Both the position numbers and the translations under genes were made by a program. Shown piece by piece: positions 52,890 to 64,000 of a DNA stretch of 64,000 nucleotides (position 1 is its first letter; the number at the start of each line of letters is the position of its first letter). The notes under the pieces were generated by a model that saw only the letters and a list, made by a program, of their open reading frames with translations, did not search any database and had not been told where the DNA came from. The DNA comes from Octopus sinensis (Eukaryota): NCBI RefSeq assembly GCF_006345805.1, contig NC_042998.1, positions 155,744,001 through 155,808,000 of the forward strand. Reading direction: 5' to 3'.

Positions 52890-54900
52890 CTCACTTTTGA
52901 CAGTTTGAAAAATCTCGGTAAGTGACAGTGAACGAGAGATAACCTCGTTCTTTTCCTTGTGATCCTTCAAAAGATTACTGAGGGGGACCAATTTTTCCGC
53001 GCAGTGTGGAATAAAATGCCGTAAAAATTTGCTGCTCCCAGGAAATGGTGAAGCTGCTTTAGAGTAGTGGGAGCAGGAAGATTCTGAATAACTTGTGACT
53101 TCTCTGGAAGGAGTTGAATACCGTCGCGGTTAATGATGTGACCCCAAAATTTCTAAGACGAAGAACCAGATACACACTTGGCAGGGTTAATTTTCACATG
53201 GTAGTCACTGAGATGCTGGAAAAACAACGTAAGATGCTGAATATGTTCCTCCTTAGTAGAACTAGCAATGAACAAGCCATCGATATAAGCATAGACAAAG
53301 CCCAGACCACGAATGACTTCACCTATAAACTTCAGGAATGTGCTAGTGGCATTCCGCAAACCAAAAGGCATGGAAAAAATTCGAAAGAACCAAAAGGTAT
53401 AGTGACAGCAGTTTTTTGGTATATCGTCCGAGTTGAGAGGAATTTTCTGATTTGCCCAGAAGAGGTCAACCATGGGAAAAAGGTGCGTCCATGCAGGGTA
53501 GAAGAAAAATCCTGCAAGTGAACGAAAGGGTATCTACCCGGAATTGTAATAGCATTTATAACCTCCTATACTCCCCGACCGGATGAAAATCAGCAGATTT
53601 TTTTCCGAACCAAATAAAGAGGTGAAGACCAGGGGCTAGTTGAAGGACGAATAAGCTCCGGCTACAGCATGTGCTTGAATTCGACTTTTGCAGCCTTGAG
53701 TTTGTCTGGAGGTATACATCGAGGACAAGCAAAAACTGGTGGATCGGTAATATTGATGAAATACCTTGTAGAGTGGGCAGGATTACTCACACGGAAATTT
53801 AGGTCAATAAGCTCAGGAAAAGAGTTCAAAAGTGCGTGATATGTATCACCAGCTACAGCAATGAAAAACAACGGGCTTACAGCAGGAGTAAATACTCTGT
53901 GACCAGGAATCGATGAATCTATTGAGCTATCCAACAAACGCTGCCTACGAACACCCATGAGGAGCGAGAAGTGGTGGAGGAAACCTATCCACAAGAATAG
54001 GGTAAGGTAGGTCGGCAATGTTGAAGACCTATTTGAAATCTCTCCGGAGTGCCAAATCCAAGGAGAGAGATATCTGCCCAAACGTCTGAAAAGGTGAACG
54101 CTTGATGGCTTGCAGTGAAATTTGCAAGAGAGGAGGCTAATCCATCACAAACTTCACCGGCCATATTCTGTAGGAAGTGTCTGAGTCAACCATAAAATGC
54201 CTATGTGAGATGCGGTCTCCGAGAAAAAATGCACGACTCATAGTAGAGCTGTGAGGAGCGACTGACGTGCTCAGCGTCTCACGAGTTAGTTTTCCTGGCG
54301 CGCATAAATCATGGCAAAATGCATTTCCACGCCTTCTCGCCAAAACGGTCGTGGTACCAACAAGAAGCATGTGGTGATGTGGGAGACGAAGAATGCCGTC
54401 CACAACTGGTTGAACGACTGCGTCGCTGGAAACTTCACGACAAACACAACCTTTGGACTTGCTTGGTCAGGTTTAAAATAGCTTCTAGAGCAGACACATT
54501 GACTCCACATAATTGTTTCTTTGAGAGAATATTCCACGTGAATTTTCTCACGTCGGGGTCAACACTTTGGTGAGGAAGCCGGCATGTAGGTTTTCTTTTA
54601 GGTGTGTTCTCTCTAGTGGTTGCCATTTTAAAGTTCATAATTGTAAGTGAGAGACGTCAGTCTAGCTGTTTGTGACCGCACAAGTCAAACGGCCAGGAGA
54701 TAGGCAAAAAGCCAAGCACAAGAGAGAAAGTGCCAGAGAGAGCCAAGCGAAAAGATGAGGTAGAATTGCGTGGTTCATCACTTTTTTTAGTCGACCGGCG
54801 ATAATGCCACTTGTCGGCAATCCTATAGGAAGTTGCAACATATCCCAGAATATTCTGTAGCGGAAGAGGGTAAGTAACTCTCATTTATTTACCCTTCTCT
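52890..54900 (-). mobile_element. Degraded Ty3/gypsy LTR retrotransposon internal region
   Basis: Protease-like FMVDSDTS, linker PPVFACPRCIPPDKLKAAKVEFKHML and RT MPFGLRNATSTF...YAYIDGLFIAS...KINPAKC. Confidence 0.85.
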
Positions 54901-54990
54901 CCGGTAGAGTCCGCCACAACGCATATTACTCTATCTCCGGTATTCGAGTACCAGTTTTCTCACCTTGTTTCACATTTATGTGTTTACTTT

Positions 54991-55031
<41 letters not shown>

Positions 55032-55063
55032 ATCTTACTTCCGGACCGCGTTCAGTACTACTG

Positions 55064-55205
55064 CGTCATAGCAAAATATAATTTACAGAACTATACACGA
55101 GACTTTTGAAATATAACCCCAAATGTAATTGGTAGAATTATATACATGTTTAATCTCATGTGGACGTCCCGTGTATAGTTCTTCAAATTATATTTTGCTA
55201 TGACG
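55064..55205. repeat. 36-bp inverted repeat with a 70-bp spacer
   Basis: CGTCATAGCAAAATATAATTT-AC-AGAACTATACACG pairs with CGTGTATAGTTCT-TC-AAATTATATTTTGCTATGACG. Confidence 0.9.
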
Positions 55206-55265
55206 ATCAAACTGACGAGTTGCAGACATTCTACATAAGTGGTAACAACGAAACAGGTTTGTGAT
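55206..55265 (+). ncRNA. Candidate type I hammerhead, slightly eroded
   Basis: ATCAAA CTGACGA GTTG...CAAC GAAA CAGG TT / TGTGAT. Stem I pairs 5 of 6; stem III ACAGGT is one change from ACATGT. Confidence 0.55.
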
Positions 55266-55392
55266 TAATCTGTATATTTTGTATCTTTTCATTTTGTATC
55301 TTTTACGTTCTGGCGTTTGCTAAATTTTCTTGAGAACATACTATAACACCATAAGGGGTCGACTTCTAGCATCCATCTTATATGTGTGTGTA

Positions 55393-55551
<159 letters not shown>

Positions 55552-55634
55552 GGTCCCGGGTTGATTCGGGGTTAACCACAGTAAATAAGGTACTCAATAC
55601 ATAGCAGAGTAAAATTAATTTATTATATAGAAGG

Positions 55635-55685
55635 AGCTTCTACAGGACTAGAACTGTTTCATTCAAGAGAAATTTTCAGGAAGCT
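55635..55685 (-). ncRNA. Hammerhead of the 23639/60833 family, core mutated (CTGAAAA)
   Basis: Reverse complement of 60833-60883 except for G8 to A. Confidence 0.7.
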
Positions 55686-56269
55686 AGTTAACAAGAATTG
55701 TATTGGCATTTATACATTTAGGCAGGTTTAAAGGGGTGTTGGTGGGGGACTTCTTGGGGGGTAGGCATAGCGCAAAATATCATACTTGGGGGAGTGGTCA
55801 AGGAGTCAGTGTTAAATTAGATAGAAGAATAAATAAAAAAATAAAAAAATATATATATATAAAAAAAAGGGAATAGAGTTTTAGGTAAATAAGGGTATTC
55901 TCACTTATACCTATGCACATATGTATACATATATACACACACATACAAACATATATACATATACAAACACACATACATACACACACACATATATACATAT
56001 ATATACACTTACCCATACATATACATATCTACACATACACATATATGTATACATACACACACTCACATGCATACACGTATACACACATGTATATATACAC
56101 ACGCGACCACACATACATATACACACAGAAAAATATATATACACATACACACACATACTCACATACACACATACACACACATATCCACACACACACATGC
56201 ACACACAGCACACTAGTCCCTATATACACATATATACACATACACACATATATATACACACACATACAT

Positions 56270-56300
<31 letters not shown>

Positions 56301-56963
56301 CATATGTGTACCTATGCATACCTACACATACACACATATGTATATACACATACAAATACAGACCCATTCCCTAATTTTAATTTTATTATCTTCATTTATT
56401 ACTTTTGTTATCTTTGACCGCTGGTCACAAACATCTTGGCTATGACAGCCAGTCCATTTATCTGTCTACTGGAAAACAAGCACTCATTCACTCACGCACA
56501 CTCTTTAGCACGTACACTCACTCATTCGTACACTCATACACATACACGCACGCACGCGTTATATTCATACATACATACATCTACATACATTCACGTATAT
56601 ACACATACGTACGCGTACCTACAGATTCATGTCTACACTCTTAGAAGGCTAGTCTATACATATACACCAATAAATATAAATACACACACATACATATACA
56701 CCTACATACAAATACATACATGTATATATATATATATATATACATATATACACACATACACATATATACATATATATACACACATACACATACATACATA
56801 TAAACACATACACATACATACGTATACATACATACATACATACATCCATACATCCATACATACATACATTTATACACATACACACACCCACACGTATACA
56901 TATACATACATATATATACGCGCATGCATACACATACAAATACATACACATACGCATATACAT

Positions 56964-57038
<75 letters not shown>

Positions 57039-57497
57039 CACACACATACATATACATACATACATATACAAATATACGCACACACATACATACATACTCA
57101 TATACACATACACGCACATACACATGTACATGCGTACCCGTACACACACACACACGCGCGCATCCATATATACACATAAGTACACACATGCGTAAAAGTA
57201 TACATATATCTATGCTTACACATACACACACACACACGCGCCTCCTTATATTCATACTTACATGCATACTCAAAAAATAAGTAAATAGTAAAATACATAT
57301 ACGCGCAGTTATTCATACATGCATACTCAAAAAATAAATAATAAATATTAAGTATATGTACGTGCAGTTACCTATTATATAGACGGATACATACGTATAA
57401 ACTTACACACATATATGTATATACATATATATATACATATATACACATATATATACATATACACATACATATACATATATATGTGTGTGTGTTTGTG

Positions 57498-57530
<33 letters not shown>

Positions 57531-57751
57531 ATATGTGTATTATGTATATATTTATATATATATATATGTATATGTATATGTATGTGTGTGTGTATATGTA
57601 TATATGTGTATATATATGAGTGTACGCGAGTATGTCGATGTATATGTAGGTATGTAGAGTTATGTGTATGTGCATGTATGTGAGTGTAGATACAAATTGT
57701 AGATGTGTATATATATGTGTGTGTATATATACATGTATATAGGTATATGTA

Positions 57752-57802
<51 letters not shown>

Positions 57803-58740
57803 GCGAGTATGTAGAGATATAAGTATGTGCATGTGTATATATATATGTATAGGTATGTGTATGTGTATGTATGTATATATATATATGTGTGTGTGTATGT
57901 ATGCATATATGTATGTATGTATGTATGTATATGTGTATGTATATATGTGTATAAGTGTGTGTATATATGTATATGTAAGTGTGTGTGCGTGTATGAGTAT
58001 GTATGTATGTTTGCACACATGTATATGTGTGTGTATGTGTATATGTATATATATACATATATATATATATGTATATATATATATGTATATGTGTGTGTCT
58101 GTATATATGTGTGTATATGTATGTATGTATGTATATATATGCGTGTGTATGTGTATGTGTATATGTACATATACGTGTACGCTCGTGTGTTTATGTATAT
58201 GTAGGTACGTAGATTTATCTATGTGTGTATGTATTTGTACATGTGTGTAAGTATGTATATATATATATGTGTATGTGTGTGTGTGTATATGTATATATAT
58301 GTATATGTATGTGTATATGTATATATATGTGTATATATGTATATATATATATATGTATATACATATATGTGTGTAAGTTTATACGTATGTATCCGTCTAT
58401 ATAATAGGTAACTGCACGTACATATACTTAATATTTATTATTTATTTTTTGAGTATGCATGTATGAATAACTGCGCGTATATGTATTTTACTATTTACTT
58501 ATTTTTTGAGTATGCATGTAAGTATGAATATAAGGAGGCGCGCGTGTGTGTGTGTATGTGTAAGCATAGATATATGTATACTTTTACGCATGTGTGTACT
58601 TATGTGTATATATGGATGCGCGTGTGTGTGTGTGTATACGGGTACGCATGTACATGTGTATGTGCGTGTATGTGTATATGAGTATGTATGTATGTGTGTG
58701 CGTATATTTGTATATGTATGTATGTATATGTATGTGTGTG

Positions 58741-58791
<51 letters not shown>

Positions 58792-58983
58792 CATTATATA
58801 AAAGGGCTTAGTAAAATAAATTACTTTGCCGCATACTGAACTCGTTAGAAATAGCAGCTAAAAAAACTTTTTATAAAACTATTTGTAACACTTAAAGAAA
58901 ACCTCTCTCATATAGTGTTTGCTCAATTCAACTCAAGGAAGTATGGGGGTAGAGACATTAAAAAATCAAATGCAAAGGTTATT

Positions 58984-59036
58984 TGAGTACGTACGTTTCA
59001 AGATTAGTCAAAATCGACCCTTCTCTCATCAGCTCA
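58984..59036 (-). ncRNA. Type I hammerhead, left arm of the palindrome
   Basis: Exact mirror of 59094-59146. Confidence 0.8.
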
Positions 59037-59093
59037 GAATGCCCTTGTTTGAATCTGAAAACACTGTGTTTTCAGATTCAAACAAGGGCATTC

Positions 59094-59146
59094 TGAGCTG
59101 ATGAGAGAAGGGTCGATTTTGACTAATCTTGAAACGTACGTACTCA
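59094..59146 (+). ncRNA. Type I hammerhead, right arm of the palindrome
   Basis: TGAG CTGATGA GAGA-AG-GGTC-GATTTT-GACT-AA-TCTT GAAA CGTACG TA / CTCA. Predicted cleavage after 59142. Confidence 0.8.
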
Positions 59147-59423
59147 AATAACCTTTGCATTTGATTTTTTAATGTCTCTACCCCCATACTTCCTTGAGTT
59201 GAATTGAGCAAACACTATATGAGAGAGGTTTTCTTTAAGTGTTAGAAATAGTTTTATAAAAAGTTTTTTTAGCTGCTATTTCTAACGAGTTCAGTATGTG
59301 GCAAAGTAATTTATTTTACTAAGCCCTTTTATATAATGTAATAATTTGAATTCGCCTTAAATGGTCCCTTTGCATACTGAATACTTGGTGAAATTGATTA
59401 ATTAATTTTACCCTCAATTGTTG

Positions 59424-59496
<73 letters not shown>

Positions 59497-59761
59497 ATGT
59501 ATGTATGTATATGTATATGCGTATGTGTATGTATTTGTATGTGTATGCATGCGCGTATATATATGTATGTATATGTATACGTGTGGGTGTGTGTATGTGT
59601 ATAAATGTATGTATGTATGGATGTATGGATGTATGTATGTATGTATACGTATGTATGTGTATGTGTGTATATGTATGTATGTGTATGTGTGTATATATAT
59701 GTATATATGTGTATGTGTGTATATATGTATATATATATATATGTGTATATATATGTGAATG

Positions 59762-59794
<33 letters not shown>

Positions 59795-60202
59795 ATTTGT
59801 ATGTAGGTGTATATGTATGTGTGTGTATTTATATTTATTGGTGTATATGTATAGACTAGCCTTCTAAGAGTGTAGACATGAATCTGTAGGTACGCGTATG
59901 TATGTGTATATACGTGAATGTATGTAGATGTATGTATGTATGAATATAACGCGTGCGTGCGTGTATGTGTATGAGTGTACGAATGAGTGAGTGTACGTGC
60001 TAAAGAGTGTGCGTGAGTGAATGAGTGCTTGTTTTCCAGTAGACAGATAAATGGACTGGCTGTCATAGCCAAGATGTTTGTGACCAGCGGTCAAAGATAA
60101 CAAAAGTAATAAATGAAGATAATAAAATTAAAATTAGGGAATGGGTCTGTATTTGTATGTGTATATACATATGTGTGTATGTGTAGGTATGCATAGGTAC
60201 AC

Positions 60203-60248
<46 letters not shown>

Positions 60249-60832
60249 ATGTATGTGTGTGTATATATATGTGTGTATGTGTATATATGTGTATATAGGG
60301 ACTAGTGTGCTGTGTGTGCATGTGTGTGTGTGGATATGTGTGTGTATGCGTGTATGTGAGTATGTGTGTGTATGTGTATATATATTTTTCTGTGTGTATA
60401 TGTATGTGTGGTCGCGTGTGTATATATACATGTGTGTATACGTGTATGCATGTGAGTGTGTGTATGTATACATATATGTGTATGTGTAGATATGTATATG
60501 TATTGGTAAGTGTATATATATGTATATATGTGTGTGTGTATGTATGTGTGTTTGTATATGTATATATGTTTGTATGTGTGTGTATATATGTATACATATG
60601 TGCATAGGTATAAGTGAGAATCCCCTTATTTACCTAAAACTCTATTCCCTTTTTTTTATATATATATATTTTTTAATTTTTTTATTTATTCTTCTATCTA
60701 ATTTAACACTGACTCCTTGACCACTCCCCCAAGTATGATATTTTGCGCTATGCCTACCCCCCAAAAAGTCACCCACCAACACCCCTTTAAACCTGCCTAA
60801 ATGTATAAATGCCAATACAATTCTTGTTAACT

Positions 60833-60883
60833 AGCTTCCTGAAGATTTCTCTTGAATGAAACAGTTCTAGTCCTGTAGAAGCT
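60833..60883 (+). ncRNA. Type I hammerhead in pLTR
   Basis: AGCTTC CTGAAGA T-TTC-TCTT-GAA-T GAAA CAG-TTCTAGTC-CTG TA / GAAGCT. Predicted cleavage after 60877. Confidence 0.8.
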
Positions 60884-60989
60884 CCTTCTATATAATAAAT
60901 ATATTATATATATATACATGTGTGTGTGAATGTACCGAGTTGGTCAAAAGTCACCCGACAGTAAAGATTTTCAAATCAGCAAGTGATGG

Positions 60990-62220
60990 TTTGACTGTTT
61001 CCAGAAACAGTTTGAATTAAATTGTGTTTCCCTGCATGGAGAGACAGCATCAGACGATAAAGAAACCGCTGAGAAGTACTTCGAGACCTTCAAGCAGATC
61101 ATTGAGGACAAGGGATACAAGCCGGTACAGGTTTTCGATATGGATGAGATTAGCATGTTCTGGAAGAAGATGTTTTCCAGAACGTACACCATGAAGAACG
61201 AAGGCAGAGCCCCAGCATTTAAGGTACAAAAGGACAGAGTGATGCTAATTACGCGTGGCAAAGCTGCTGGCTTCATAATGAAACCAGGACTTATCTACAA
61301 GTCCGCGAACCTGAAGGCCTTCAAAAATAAGAATAAAAATCTGCTGTCTGTCAGCTGGATGCACAACCCCAAGGCCTGGATTACCAAAAGTCTAACTTTG
61401 AATTGGTTCCACCAACACTGCATCCCTCAAACCAAGGAATAACCCCAAAATGTTTGTATGAACTTCAAGATGTTGCTTGTTATAGAAAATGCTGCTGGTC
61501 ACTCTTTGGATTTGAATCACGAGGGAGTTCAAGTCGAGTTCCTCCCTGCAAACACCACCTCCTTCATCCAGCCTGTGAATCAAGGCATGATCCGTCCCTT
61601 CAAGGCACTTTACACTCGGAACTCTCTCCAATACCTTGAGGATGCAATGGATTCGGATGAGAATTTCAAGTTAAAGGAATATTGGCGTAACTTCACGATG
61701 GCAACGTGCTTGTCAGTCATCCACGCTACTCTTAAAGGCATAAAAAAAGAAACCCACATCGCATGCTGGAAGAAGGTGTGGTCACAATGTGTCCAGGACT
61801 ACGCGGGCTTCTCATCTGAAGATATTCGCACGAGGCTGGCTGTCAACAATGTGGTGAAACTGGCAAAGGTACTTGGTGGCATAGGTTTTGATGACATCAC
61901 ACAAGATGAGGTCAACGACCTCATCGATGCCCACTCTGTTGGAGTTAACGAAATCTGCCAGCGATGGGGAGGATGAGGTGGGCCTGGCAACCAAATATCT
62001 GTCCGACCTTTTAAGGACAGCGAAGGAATTGCAAGGGAAGGCGGAAGCATGGGATCCCTATATGGTTCAGTCTCTCCAATTTAAAAATGCCATCGATGTT
62101 GCTATGCAGACATATAAAACTCTCCTCACCACCATGAAGAAACAACGACGGCAACTTGCCATCACAATGTTCCTCAAGCCTATTAAGAAAGCCTTGCACG
62201 AAGATATGACGCCCTAAAAC
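60990..62220 (+). pseudogene. Tigger/pogo-family DDE transposase remnant
   Basis: QVFDMDEISMFWKKM..RTY, KDRVML, WMHNPKAWI, LLVIENAAGH and FLPANTTSFIQPVNQGMIRPFKALY. Stops and frameshifts. Confidence 0.85.
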
Positions 62221-62348
62221 ACCTGATGAAGAAGCGACACATGAAGAGCTTTAAATCTTCTTTGCTGTGCAGTCATTACCTTCATTATTTTCATCATCAT
62301 CGTCTTAAATCAATATCATTCATTATTGGTACATTTTACTTTAATTTA

Positions 62349-62395
<47 letters not shown>

Positions 62396-62404
62396 TACTC
62401 TAGA

Positions 62405-62600
62405 AACAAGGCCCGAAATTTTGGGAAGGGGGCCAGTCGATTAGATCGACCCCAGTATGCAAATGGTACTTAATTTATCGACCCCAAAAGGATGAAAGGC
62501 TAAGTCGACCTCAGCGGAATTTGAACTCAGAACGTAAAGACAGACGAAATACCGCTAAGCATTTCGCCCGGCATGCTAACGTTTCTGCCAACTCGCCACC
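62405..62600 (-). mobile_element. SINE
   Basis: Reverse complement of the 39292-type SINE (gcggaatttgaactcagaacgtaaag...gctaacgtttctgccaactcgcc). Confidence 0.8.
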
Positions 62601-62899
62601 TTATATAGATAAACATTATGTGTGTATGTGTGCATGTGTGTTCCCGTGTGTATGTATATGTGTATGTTTTTATATGTGTGTAGATGCATATATACCTATG
62701 TCAAACTTCGTCTACGGGATTTCTTCCGATCCATCACTTCTGAAAAGCAAAACCGGATTCAAACCTCCAATGAACAGGAATAAGCATTTATAGTAATATA
62801 TTAATATAATGCGTCCAAAATGGTCAGGAAGCTCAAACGTTCAAACAAATCATGTAAAACCAAACATTACAAATGAAGAGCAAAATACATTGGAATGTC

Positions 62900-63310
62900 T
62901 ACCGAAAGATTCCTCCATAGTCATTTAAGAAACTGAAAAACGAGGAGCTATTATACTGATGTACAAGATCCATTACAGGGAAATGGTTTTAGAATAACTA
63001 AATGACCAGCATTATTTTTAATTAGAAATCAATGTTTATAAACAAACAATGGACACAGATTTCCAAAACCATGTTGGCTTTGACGTAACCAGTCTCTACA
63101 CAAATATTACTTATGGAGTAGAGTTCTGTATAGAAAAATACCCATAAAGAATTCAGGAGAGATTCCTAAAAGAATTTATATTTGAAGGATTACGATTGGT
63201 GCAAGAAAACATTTATTTCTTTGATAACTAGTATTACGTACAAATACGAGGCAATGGGAACAAAAGATGCACTAATGTTTCCGACACTTGTAATAGGATT
63301 CCTGGAATAA
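62900..63310 (+). pseudogene. Degraded PLE RT fragment
   Basis: ETEKRGAIILM, GFDVTSLYTNI and AMGTKDALMFPTLVIGFLE, homologous to 7800-8550. Confidence 0.75.
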
Positions 63311-63731
63311 AAAAATTAGTAAAATTGTCTTTTACTATAGCCTCAGGTCGACAAAAGCCTTGTGGGTATATTTGGTATACAGAAACTGAAAGAAGCCTGT
63401 CGTATGTGCGTGTTTGTGTGTGTGTTCGTGCCTGTGTTTGTCCCCCACCTCCCACTTACAATAGTTGTTGGTGTATTTACATCCTTAGCGATTCGGCAAA
63501 CATGACTGATAGAACCAGGCTTTAAAAAAGTACTAGGGTAAATTATTTCGACTAAAATCCTTCAAGGCAGTACCCGAGCATGGGCATAGTCCCATGACTG
63601 AAACAGTTAAAAGAACAGGCTTTTAAAAAAGAAAAGTATTAGGGTCGATTATTTCGACTAAAATCCTTCAAGGCAGCATCCCAGCATGGCCGTAGTCTCA
63701 TGACTGAAACAGTTCAAAGAATAATAGAATG

Positions 63732-64000
63732 TACAGGGGTTGGACAAAATAATGGAAACACCTAGCATCATAGCATCATAATTTTGGAATATCTATAAAA
63801 CCGTCAAAAGCTTGTTCCTTTTTGTTTTTTGATCTATTATTAGTGTTGCTTAATATGTTTGGCTAAAATTGCTGTTTATTTTCAGGTATCATCAGAAAAA
63901 GGTAATTAAAATTCATTAAAATGACAGATCTATCGGACTTTCAAAGAGGTCAAATTGTTGGTGCTCGTATGGCAGGCGCTAGTGTAATGAAAACAGCTGA
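63732..64000 (+). mobile_element. Left end of a Tc1/mariner element, transposase starting at 63921
   Basis: TA|CAGGGGTTGGACAAAATAATGGAAACACC TIR. MTDLSDFQRGQIVGARMAGASVMKTA is a Tc1-type HTH N-terminus that runs off the window. Confidence 0.85.

Larger units (their letters stand above)
58787..59343. repeat. Near-perfect 557-bp palindrome (278-bp arms, 1-nt centre at 59065)
   Basis: Positions x and 118130-x are complementary throughout, with two mismatches noticed and no indel. The ORF track shows identical 60-aa peptides on both strands. Confidence 0.97.

Noticed and set aside
54901-54916. Primer-binding site TGGCGGACTCTACCGG for the gypsy remnant
   Set aside because: No adjacent LTR ending in CA and no paired LTR was found; the tRNA match cannot be verified.
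62224-62270. CTGATGA followed by an AGAAG/CTTCT stem
   Set aside because: Followed by TTGC rather than GAAA; it lies at the end of the Tigger remnant.
63870-63900. CTGATGA...GAAA on the minus strand inside the Tc1 end
   Set aside because: No stem II or stem I pairing.

Overview
Repeat-saturated, AT-rich animal genomic DNA. It is probably Octopus or another coleoid cephalopod; this is an inference from the tRNA-derived SINEs, the RTE LINEs with (GAT)n tails and the (TA)n/(CA)n load. No host gene is confidently recognised. Conventional content: several Penelope-like element (PLE) remnants (RT and GIY-YIG), many RTE LINE copies (one near full length, one with an open 575-aa RT frame), CR1/L2-type and R4/Dong-type LINE remnants, a Ty3/gypsy remnant, Tigger/pogo and Tc1 transposase remnants, SINEs, a MITE and Helitron-like ends. 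The unexpected signal is about 16 type I hammerhead ribozyme (HHR) motifs, read by eye, in at least 6 sequence families, plus 2 degraded candidates. Most have a tiny palindromic stem III. They occur in a tandem 365-nt retrozyme-like array with a U3-A8 core variant and stem I covariation, in a 577-nt unit whose 5' end coincides with the predicted cleavage site, in PLE pseudo-LTRs, in a near-perfect 557-bp palindrome carrying one HHR per arm, and at both ends of a 5.3-kb inverted repeat. All ribozyme calls rest on motif and base-pairing inspection only; none has been tested computationally or experimentally.
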